This document shows, piece by piece, positions 9,033 to 15,737 of a stretch of DNA of 24,000 nucleotides. The notes under the pieces are model-generated. The model saw nothing but the letters and a program-made list of their open reading frames with translations, was not told where the DNA came from and searched no databases. Both the position numbers and the translations under genes were made by a program. The stretch is taken from the NCBI GenBank assembly GCA_937981765.1, contig CALJOM010000001.1:5778-29777 (forward strand), read 5' to 3'. The stretch's first letter is position 1. Each line of letters opens with the position of its first letter. This DNA comes from an uncultured Bacteroidales bacterium (GTDB lineage Bacteria > Bacteroidota > Bacteroidia > Bacteroidales > Salinivirgaceae).

Positions 9033-9920
9033 TTAACCTCTAGGGTGTGATTGTTTGTACGATTTTTTTAGCTTCTCAAAATTGTTGTGGGTATATATCT
9101 GGGTTGCTGCCAAGCTGGAGTGACCAAGCAATTCTTTTATTGTATTCAGATCTGCTCCCGAATTTAGCATGTGTGTTGCAAAGGTGTGGCGCATGGTGTG
9201 GGGGCTTTTTCGGTTTTGGTGTGTTACTAACGTTAAGTGGTTTCTTACTATTTGATAAACAAATTTTGGGGACAAAGGTTTGCCTCGGTTGTTTAAAAAT
9301 AATACGTTTGGGGCTGTGGTCGCAATTTCACGGCGTAATACAAGGTATTTCTGCACTTGATTAATATACCAGTGTGGCACGGGGATAATTCTTTGTTTAT
9401 TACGTTTTCCTGTTACGATTATTGTGTGGTTTTGTAAGTTTATGTCGTCTATTTTCAGGTTAATAAGTTCCGAACGTCGAATGCCTGTTAGGTAAAAGGT
9501 TGTCAGTATCATATAGTCTCGGGCCTTTGGGAAATTAGCCCAATCGATTTCCATGATGTTAAAAAGCTGGGTTATTTGTTTTTCATCTAAAAATGATGGT
9601 AGTGGGGTGTTTTTTTTGGGTAAAAGTAGGTTGGATGCCGGATTTTTAGCGGCATTGCCCATTTTAATATGGTATTTAAAAAACGATTTTAATGCAGAGA
9701 TTCTTCTATGAATTGTTGAATTGCTTTCGTTTTTTTCTAACAAATACAAAATCCACTCACGGATTTCCATCGGACTGACCGTAAGTGGATTTGTTTGATT
9801 GAATTTGACACTCAAAAACTCTGTAAATAATGTTATATCGCTTTGATATTCCCTTACAGTGTGTTCTGAATATCTTTTTTCAAACTGAATATGTTGTATA
9901 AAAACTTCTACTGCATCCAT
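9033..9920 (-). CDS. Tyrosine-type site-specific recombinase, XerC/XerD-like
   Basis: The 295-aa ORF has an N-terminal SAM-like core-binding domain (EKRYSEHTVREYQSDI). Its C-terminal catalytic motifs are TGIRRSEL, HTMRHTFATHML and LLGHSSLAATQIYTH, giving the R..HxxR..H..Y residues. Confidence 0.9.
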   Translation of the reverse strand: MDAVEVFIQHIQFEKRYSEHTVREYQSDITLFTEFLSVKFNQTNPLTVSPMEIREWILYLLEKNESNSTIHRRISALKSFFKYHIKMGNAAKNPASNLLLPKKNTPLPSFLDEKQITQLFNIMEIDWANFPKARDYMILTTFYLTGIRRSELINLKIDDINLQNHTIIVTGKRNKQRIIPVPHWYINQVQKYLVLRREIATTAPNVLFLNNRGKPLSPKFVYQIVRNHLTLVTHQNRKSPHTMRHTFATHMLNSGADLNTIKELLGHSSLAATQIYTHNNFEKLKKSYKQSHPRG

Positions 9921-9963
9921 ACAGAATGCAATGTAGTAAGTTTTTTGTAAATATCCAAAAAAA

Positions 9964-10161
9964 TTAAGCTGTTTCGGATTGTTGCTTTATTTGCTGGATG
10001 TATCGAGCTCTAATAAGAGTTTGACGACGTTTTTCACATTTTTTTGTGAATTGTTGACGTTCTCTTATTTCTCGCATAATTCCGGTTTTTTCAAATTTTC
10101 TTTTGAAACGCTTTAGAGCACGGTCGATGTTTTCGCCTTCTTTTACTGGTACAATTATCAT
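9964..10161 (-). CDS. rpsU: 30S ribosomal protein S21
   Basis: The ORF track starts at a TTG at 10200. The ATG at 10161 gives MIIVPVKEGENIDRALKRFKRKFEKTGIMREIRERQQF, a canonical bS21 N-terminus of 65 aa. Confidence 0.92.
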   Translation of the reverse strand: MIIVPVKEGENIDRALKRFKRKFEKTGIMREIRERQQFTKKCEKRRQTLIRARYIQQIKQQSETA

Positions 10162-10197
10162 ACGTTTTTGTTTTTTAGTTTTTTGAATTTCGAGCCG

Positions 10198-10205
10198 CAA
10201 AGATA
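10198..10205 (-). promoter_or_regulatory. Candidate -7 box (TATCTTTG) upstream of rpsU
   Basis: The minus strand reads TATCTTTG, which fits TAnnTTTG, about 36 nt upstream of the rpsU ATG at 10161. I found no well-spaced TTTG -33 element. Confidence 0.3.
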
Positions 10206-10263
10206 GTTTTTTTTTTCAAATTGTAAAAATGAATCAAACCTTTTTTTAGTTGTGTGGCAAAAC

Positions 10264-10854
10264 TTATTTGTTTGAAAGGTTGAACCAATAGGATTGACCT
10301 TGGTAATTTGCTTCTATTGTTTGCCCTTGGGAGTTTTGGGCTGATATTTCGATAAGAACTCCATTTGAAAGTACTTCAATTCGTACTGTCCCGGTTGTGA
10401 ATTCGGTCGTTGGATTGTCACCTTTGGATTTATCTATCGAAATTAGTGAAAGTGTGATTGTTTCGGTATTTGACAGATTATATCGTTGGCTGATGTTCTG
10501 AGTTGTAGTATTTAGTTCTAATTTAATTGCGTATCCTTTTCCTTGCAAAGTGTAATAGTTGTTTTGTGTTGGGATTATTTGAAGGGAATCGGTAAGAAGG
10601 AATAATCTATGGTAGTGTTTTGAGTCGATGACCCCGTAGTATTCAGTTATTGCTGTGGCCAGATTGTAAGTTATGTTGTTCAACTTAAGTGTGCCTGGAG
10701 CGGGTGATGTGCCCGATTTTTCAGGCTTGCAACCATTAAGTGTAATTCCGGCCATAAGTGTTACCATGAATAGTTTTGTAACTCCTGACAGTTTTTTTTT
10801 AGCAATTTTGCTATGGAGTTTGGATAACTGGGTTGTTTGATTGCTGAGCTTCAT
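10264..10854 (-). CDS. Hypothetical lipoprotein
   Basis: The 196-aa ORF has a basic n-region and hydrophobic core ending in the lipobox LNGC (KKKLSGVTKLFMVTLMAGITLNGC). The mature part is N/T/Q/S-rich. I do not recognise any family. Confidence 0.6.
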   Translation of the reverse strand: MKLSNQTTQLSKLHSKIAKKKLSGVTKLFMVTLMAGITLNGCKPEKSGTSPAPGTLKLNNITYNLATAITEYYGVIDSKHYHRLFLLTDSLQIIPTQNNYYTLQGKGYAIKLELNTTTQNISQRYNLSNTETITLSLISIDKSKGDNPTTEFTTGTVRIEVLSNGVLIEISAQNSQGQTIEANYQGQSYWFNLSNK

Positions 10855-10901
10855 AATGGGTACGATTTAGTAGTGAGAATTTGGTTATAAGGGTTAGTTG
10901 G

Positions 10902-11858
10902 CTATTGTTGCGCGTAAGTTTGTAGGAAAGATGATATGTTGGTGTAAATTCTTTCTTCTGCAGGGATTGAGGAGATAGGTGGATTAAAAGGTATTCCAAC
11001 CAGGAGTTCATAAAGTTCTATGTATCGTTGGCTTACTTGCTGGACAAATTCTTCGGTCATTTCCGGAACATTCTGTCCGGGATGTCCTTGAAAGTTATTG
11101 GCTATAAGCCATTCTCTAACAAATTCTTTGGAGAGTTGTTTCTGAGGGAGATTGTTTTCAAAACGTTCCTGATATTGGTTGGCGTAAAAATATCGGCTGC
11201 TATCCGGGGTGTGTATTTCGTCGATAAGTACAATTTCTCCGTTGATTAAACCAAATTCGTATTTTGTATCAACAAGGATGAGGCCTTTTTGGGCGGCTAG
11301 TTGAGTGCCGCGGTCAAATAGCGCCAAGGCGTATTTTTCGAGTTTTTGATAGTGGGTTTCTGAAACAAGTCTGGATTTTAAAATTTCTTCGCGGCTTATA
11401 TCAAGGTCGTGTCCTTCTTTGGCTTTGGTGGTTGGGGTTATAATGGGTTCAGGTAGTTTTTGGTGTTCTTTCATGCCTTCGGGAAGTGGTATTCCACAAA
11501 TCGAGCGTTTCCCCGATTTGTATTCGCGCCAGGCATGTCCGGTTAAATATCCTCTGACTACCATTTCCACTGCAAAGGGTTGTGCTTTTTTACCAATGGT
11601 TACCATTGGGTCGGGGCTGGCTATTTTCCAATTGGGGACGATATCGGCGGTTAGATCTAAAAATCGGGAGGCTATTTGATTCAATACCTGCCCTTTGTAT
11701 GGGATGCCACGTGGTAGGATAACATCGAATGCGGATATCCTGTCGGTAGCGATCATTACTAGTATGTCGGGATCTATAATATATACATCGCGCACTTTCC
11801 CATGATAAACGGCACGTTGATTTTTGAACTGAAAATTGGTGGTGGTTAGTGGAGTCAT
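10902..11858 (-). CDS. purC: Phosphoribosylaminoimidazole-succinocarboxamide (SAICAR) synthase, long form
   Basis: The 318-aa ORF contains [32 protein letters not shown] and [11 protein letters not shown], both PurC motifs. Confidence 0.92.
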   Translation of the reverse strand: MTPLTTTNFQFKNQRAVYHGKVRDVYIIDPDILVMIATDRISAFDVILPRGIPYKGQVLNQIASRFLDLTADIVPNWKIASPDPMVTIGKKAQPFAVEMVVRGYLTGHAWREYKSGKRSICGIPLPEGMKEHQKLPEPIITPTTKAKEGHDLDISREEILKSRLVSETHYQKLEKYALALFDRGTQLAAQKGLILVDTKYEFGLINGEIVLIDEIHTPDSSRYFYANQYQERFENNLPQKQLSKEFVREWLIANNFQGHPGQNVPEMTEEFVQQVSQRYIELYELLVGIPFNPPISSIPAEERIYTNISSFLQTYAQQ

Positions 11859-11904
11859 AGGCTTGCGATTGGTGTAGTAAAATTGTTTGATGGATTGGGT
11901 TTAA

Positions 11905-12879
11905 TTATCGGGTTGGCGTTGAGGATTGTTGGTTTTCGTTTCTGGTTTGATTTTGTTGATAGGCTTTAACAATTTTTGCTACTAACGGATGGCGCACAAT
12001 ATCAGATTCTTCGAGTGTAACAAAGCCTATACCTTCGATATTTTTCAGAATATCGTGGGCGTAAACAAGTCCACTTTTTTCATTGGGAGGTAAATCTATT
12101 TGTGTTATATCGCCATTGACTATAAATTTGGAATAGCGTCCCATGCGGGTGAGAAACATTTTCAGCTGATTAACGGTGGTGTTTTGTGCTTCGTCGAGGA
12201 TCACAAAAGCATAGTCTAGAGTTCGTCCACGCATAAAGGCCAGTGGGGCAATTTGCACAATCCCCTCTTCGATATATTGCTCAAGTTTCCGTGGCGGAAG
12301 CATGTCATTGAGAGCATCGTAGAGCGGTTGGAGGTAGGGATCTATTTTTTCTTTGAGGTCGCCGGGAAGAAAGCCCAAACGTTCACCTGCTTCCACAGCT
12401 GGCCGACTGAGGATTATTCTTTTTACCTCCTTGTTTCTCAATGCCCTTACGGCTAAGGCTATGGATGTATAGGTTTTCCCACTTCCTGCCGGACCTATAG
12501 TAAAAACGAGGTCGTTGGCAAGGTGTTCTTTAACTATTTGTTGTTGGTTTTTGGTTAGGGCTTTGATGATTTTTCCATTGTTGCCGTAAACTAAAATGTC
12601 GGGGTCGGCAAGTGGGTTGGAGGCGCTGTCGGATTCGCTGAGATGGATGATGTCGTCTTGTGTGAGGCGCCCAAAGCGGCGATAATGTTCAATAAATTTG
12701 TAGTATCGCTCGGTGAAATAGTCAACATCGGAGGCTTCTCCAATAACTTTAAGAATATCGCCTCGGGCAACAATTTTAACTTGTGGAAACGATTTTCGGA
12801 TGGTTTCGAATTTTACGTTGTTAATTCCGTATAGTTCCACGGGTTCAATATCGCATACTTCAATTATTCGTTCTATCAT
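11905..12879 (-). CDS. phoH: PhoH-like ATPase
   Basis: The 324-aa ORF has Walker A GPAGSGKTYT, Walker B FVILDEAQN and the NGDITQIDLP motif, which is typical of PhoH/YbeZ. Confidence 0.92.
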   Translation of the reverse strand: MIERIIEVCDIEPVELYGINNVKFETIRKSFPQVKIVARGDILKVIGEASDVDYFTERYYKFIEHYRRFGRLTQDDIIHLSESDSASNPLADPDILVYGNNGKIIKALTKNQQQIVKEHLANDLVFTIGPAGSGKTYTSIALAVRALRNKEVKRIILSRPAVEAGERLGFLPGDLKEKIDPYLQPLYDALNDMLPPRKLEQYIEEGIVQIAPLAFMRGRTLDYAFVILDEAQNTTVNQLKMFLTRMGRYSKFIVNGDITQIDLPPNEKSGLVYAHDILKNIEGIGFVTLEESDIVRHPLVAKIVKAYQQNQTRNENQQSSTPTR

Positions 12880-12903
12880 GGGTGGTGATTAACCTGAATT
12901 TAT

Positions 12904-12911
12904 TACTTTTG
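12904..12911 (+). promoter_or_regulatory. Candidate -7 box (TACTTTTG) for the plus-strand five-ORF block
   Basis: The plus strand reads TACTTTTG, which fits TAnnTTTG, about 81 nt upstream of the ATG at 12993. No clear -33 TTTG is present. Confidence 0.3.
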
Positions 12912-12941
12912 CTTGTTTTCTGTAGTTGAGCAGGCTGGTTG

Positions 12942-12949
12942 CAAAATTA
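12942..12949 (-). promoter_or_regulatory. Candidate -7 box (TAATTTTG) for phoH
   Basis: The minus strand reads TAATTTTG, which fits TAnnTTTG, about 62 nt upstream of the phoH ATG. No clear -33 TTTG is present. Confidence 0.3.
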
Positions 12950-12992
12950 CATAAAATTAATGATTTAATACCTACAGGTTAGCAGATATTCT

Positions 12993-13772
12993 ATGAGCCG
13001 CGGGGTTATTACTTTAACAACCGATTGGAATGGAAACTTTAACTTCATGGGAGTGGTTAAAGGTTATTGGCTAGATAATTCAATTTCTGTTCCAATCGTT
13101 GAGATTACTCACCAGATTCCCGTTTTCAACGTAAACTACGCTTGTTATGTTGTGATGTCGGTGTATCGTAGTTTTCCTACCGATTCGGTACATGTTATTG
13201 GAGTGAATAATTTTTGGCGATCGGACTTTAAAAGCAAAATATTACTGGCACGATATGCTGGTCATTGGTTTATTGGATACGAAAACGAGTCGTTTTTCAA
13301 TATTTTTGAAAATGACCAAGAGGAACTGTTTCTATGGGAATTACCTTACAGGGATACGGTTTTTCCCGAATTTGAGTTGATGATAAAACCTGCCGTGGAA
13401 TTGTTTTCCGGGAAGTCGGTCGATGCTATCGGGAATGCAATTTCAAATGCGGTAATTTTTAAATCGCGACCTACGTTTGTTGATGATATAATGACAGCTA
13501 GTATTCTGTTTATCGATGTTTATGGAAATGTTGTTACAAATTGTACGCGAGACCAATTTTACGAATTTGTACAAAATCGACCATTTGAAATTATGATTTT
13601 ACGACCCAAGAATAAAATTACCAAGATTTCGGAAGGATACAACCAGGAAATAGGGACACTGTTTGCCGTTTTTAATTCGTTGGGTTATTTGGAACTTGGG
13701 ATAGTAAATTATCGCTTAGATTTATCGGTTGGAGTAAGACCCGACTCCAAAATCAAAATTACACGTTTATGA
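12993..13772 (+). CDS. DUF62 / SAM hydroxide adenosyltransferase-like protein (divergent)
   Basis: The 259-aa ORF has an N-terminal VITLTTDWNG (compare the family motif ITLxTDFG). C-terminal motifs are FIDVYGNVVTN (compare IDxFGNxxTN) and FNSLGYLELGI (compare GSxGxLEIA). The central region looks divergent. Confidence 0.7.
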   Translation: MSRGVITLTTDWNGNFNFMGVVKGYWLDNSISVPIVEITHQIPVFNVNYACYVVMSVYRSFPTDSVHVIGVNNFWRSDFKSKILLARYAGHWFIGYENESFFNIFENDQEELFLWELPYRDTVFPEFELMIKPAVELFSGKSVDAIGNAISNAVIFKSRPTFVDDIMTASILFIDVYGNVVTNCTRDQFYEFVQNRPFEIMILRPKNKITKISEGYNQEIGTLFAVFNSLGYLELGIVNYRLDLSVGVRPDSKIKITRL

Positions 13773-14065
13773 TTACACGCATCATCAAATTCAAGCTTAG
13801 GCCCGATTCTAAAAAGGCGTTTGACGACCTAATAAGGCAATTTAAGGATGAGTTGCTGGCGTTTCCGGGTGTTCATCATCTTGAAATTTTATCTGAGAAG
13901 GGAAATTCCGACAGTATTTTTATTCTGATGATTTTTGTTTCGGAAACCGATTTGGAACAGTTTCGTTCTTCGGTTCTCAACAAAGTGATTAAGAAAAGGC
14001 TAAACGAGATGATTGATGGAGATTTTTTAGTATGGATGGTGGAGACCTTAAAAGAGGAGCGATGA
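13769..14065 (+). CDS. Small hypothetical protein, possibly ABM/Dabb-like alpha+beta fold
   Basis: The 98-aa ORF has ATGA start/stop overlaps at both ends (13769-13772 and 14062-14065). The pattern MITRIIKFKLRPDSKKAFDDL...FPGVHHLEIL...FILMIFVSETDLEQFRSS resembles antibiotic-biosynthesis-monooxygenase-type domains. This assignment is tentative. Confidence 0.5.
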   Translation: MITRIIKFKLRPDSKKAFDDLIRQFKDELLAFPGVHHLEILSEKGNSDSIFILMIFVSETDLEQFRSSVLNKVIKKRLNEMIDGDFLVWMVETLKEER

Positions 14066-14856
14066 GTGAGGAGCGAGTCAAAGCTCTTGAAAACTTTAAT
14101 CAGTTGCTCGACATAATGGACGACTTGCGTGCCAAATGTCCATGGGATAAGGAACAGACGATTGATAGCCTTCGTAAACTTACCATAGAAGAGGTTTATG
14201 AATTGTCGGACGCTATTTTATCGAGTAACCCGGTTCAGTTGAAGAAAGAACTTGGCGATCTGCTTCTTCATATAGTTTTTTATGCCAAGATAGGTTCAGA
14301 AAAGGGTTATTTTACGTTAAGCGAAGTTATTCAATTGCTTATCGACAAGTTAATTTTCAGACATCCGCACATTTACGGAAATGTCGATGCAAATGATGCA
14401 CGGACGGTGGAGGAAAATTGGGAAAAAATCAAACTCACTGAAAAGGATCGTGAAAAACGTGTATTATCGGGAGTCCCAAGTTCTCTTCCTCCGCTAATAA
14501 AGGCTTTTAGGATACAGCAAAAAGCACGCGGTGTTGGTTTTGATTGGGAAAAGCCGGATCAGGTTTGGGATAAAGTTCAAGAGGAGCTTTCGGAATTGAT
14601 GGATGAGCTTAAAAAAGATCCAACCTCCAAACAAGCTGAACAGGAATTTGGTGATTTGTTGTTTGCCTTGATCAATGCGGGACGATTATATAACATCGAT
14701 CCGGAACAGGCACTGGAAATCACCAACCGAAAGTTTATTCAACGATTCAATTATCTTGAAGAACAAACGTTGCTTAAAGGCAGAAGCCTGCACGATATGA
14801 CGCTGGAAGAAATGGAACGTATTTGGCAGGAAGCCAAAAAGTACGAATCGGATTAA
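14062..14856 (+). CDS. mazG: Nucleoside triphosphate pyrophosphohydrolase MazG (two-domain)
   Basis: I prefer the start at ATG 14062 (MSEERVKALENFNQLLDIMDDLRAKCPWDKEQT) over the track start at 14032, which lies inside the previous ORF. Motifs are EEVYELSDAI, GDLLLHIVFYA, RHPHIYG and a second EExxE/GDLLF repeat. Confidence 0.9.
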   Translation: MSEERVKALENFNQLLDIMDDLRAKCPWDKEQTIDSLRKLTIEEVYELSDAILSSNPVQLKKELGDLLLHIVFYAKIGSEKGYFTLSEVIQLLIDKLIFRHPHIYGNVDANDARTVEENWEKIKLTEKDREKRVLSGVPSSLPPLIKAFRIQQKARGVGFDWEKPDQVWDKVQEELSELMDELKKDPTSKQAEQEFGDLLFALINAGRLYNIDPEQALEITNRKFIQRFNYLEEQTLLKGRSLHDMTLEEMERIWQEAKKYESD

Positions 14857-15072
14857 ATGTTGGGTATGAGGAACCAGCAGACGAATTTGCAAATTATTAA
14901 GGCAAACGGTGAAAAGGAAGCGTTCAACGTTGATAAACTTTTGTGGTCGCTTTTGAATGCCGGCGTTGAGCGAGAAATAGCCCAAAAAGTTACCGAGGAA
15001 ATAGGCCGTTGGGTATACGATGGTGCAACTTCGCGGGAGATTTACCACCGTACTTTTACCTTGATGCGCTAA
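14857..15072 (+). CDS. ATP-cone domain ORF, apparently the N-terminal part of an ATP-cone/nuclease fusion interrupted by TAA
   Basis: The 71-aa ORF reads LQIIKANGEKEAFNVDKLLWSLLNAGVEREIAQKVTEEIGRWVYDGATSREIYHRTF, which matches the ATP-cone pattern. Its ATG directly follows the mazG TAA. It ends at a TAA (15070-15072) in the same frame as the next ORF. Confidence 0.7.
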   Translation: MLGMRNQQTNLQIIKANGEKEAFNVDKLLWSLLNAGVEREIAQKVTEEIGRWVYDGATSREIYHRTFTLMR

Positions 15073-15711
15073 TTGGAATCGGTTACGGCGGCTAAATATC
15101 GGCTTAAAGAGGCTATTTTTGGATTAGGTCCAACCGGTTATCCTTTTGAACAGTTGTGCGGACGGATTTTTCAATCGTTGGGTTATAGTGTTGAAATTGG
15201 AGTTGAGGTTCAGGGGAGTTGTATTCATCACGAAATGGATGTTATTGCTACCAAAGACCATGAACAGTGGCTGTGTGAATGTAAATATACCCACGATAAA
15301 GGGAAAACCATTGGTATTCAGGTGCCATTGTACGTTCACTCCCGGGTTGAGGATATTACAAAATGGAGAGCTAAGCAGCCCAATTTTTCAGGTTTTGAAT
15401 TTATCCCTTGTATAATAACTAACAATCGGTTTTCTGACTATTGCCTGAAGTATGCCCAATGTGTTGGAATGAAGGTAATCTCATGGAATTTTCCGACAGA
15501 AAATAGCTTAAAAGAGTTGATTGAACAGTTTCGGTTGTTTCCGATAACCGTGTTGTTATCACTATCCTTTCAGCAAAAGCAGTGGTTAGTTGAGCGTGGC
15601 GTGGTTTGTTGTATTCAGTTGATGGAGAATCCCGAAACTCTTGATTCCATGGGCTTGAGCCTTAGACGCAAAAAGAAAATATTGGAGGAGATAGAAAATA
15701 TATGTCGCTAG
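15073..15711 (+). CDS. Mrr-like PD-(D/E)xK restriction-endonuclease-fold ORF (C-terminal part of the same fusion family)
   Basis: The 212-aa ORF begins at the TTG immediately after the TAA, in the same frame. It contains AAKYRLKEAIFGLGPTGYPFEQL and then HHEMDVIA...LCECKY, giving the D...ExK catalytic pattern. As I recall, homologues carry the ATP-cone and this domain in a single polypeptide of about 290 aa. Confidence 0.7.
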   Translation: MESVTAAKYRLKEAIFGLGPTGYPFEQLCGRIFQSLGYSVEIGVEVQGSCIHHEMDVIATKDHEQWLCECKYTHDKGKTIGIQVPLYVHSRVEDITKWRAKQPNFSGFEFIPCIITNNRFSDYCLKYAQCVGMKVISWNFPTENSLKELIEQFRLFPITVLLSLSFQQKQWLVERGVVCCIQLMENPETLDSMGLSLRRKKKILEEIENICR

Positions 15712-15737
15712 CCTGACGACGGGATAGTTTAGCCATT

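Noticed and set aside
10162-10200. 13-codon N-terminal extension of rpsU from a TTG at 10200.
   Set aside because: The internal ATG at 10161 yields the canonical bS21 N-terminus MIIVPVKEGE. The extension also overlaps the candidate -7 promoter box.
10811-11011. 66-aa minus-strand ORF spanning the purC 3' end and the lipoprotein start.
   Set aside because: It is an alternative frame overlapping purC on the same strand. Its sequence is uninformative, and the purC and lipoprotein frames explain the region.
12912-12992. Possible SAM riboswitch or structured leader upstream of the DUF62 SAM-hydrolase-like gene.
   Set aside because: The only pairing is a 6-bp long-range complement (CTGTAG 12920-12925 with CTACAG 12972-12977). 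Nothing resembles the SAM-I, SAM-II or other riboswitch cores that I know.
14032-14061. Upstream ATG at 14032 as the mazG start.
   Set aside because: It would add MDGGDLKRGA and overlap the 98-aa ORF by 34 nt. The ATG at 14062 gives a typical MazG N-terminus and a 4-nt ATGA overlap.
14686-15048. 120-aa minus-strand ORF overlapping the mazG 3' end and the ATP-cone ORF.
   Set aside because: It is antisense to two ORFs with recognisable domains, and I recognise no motifs in it.
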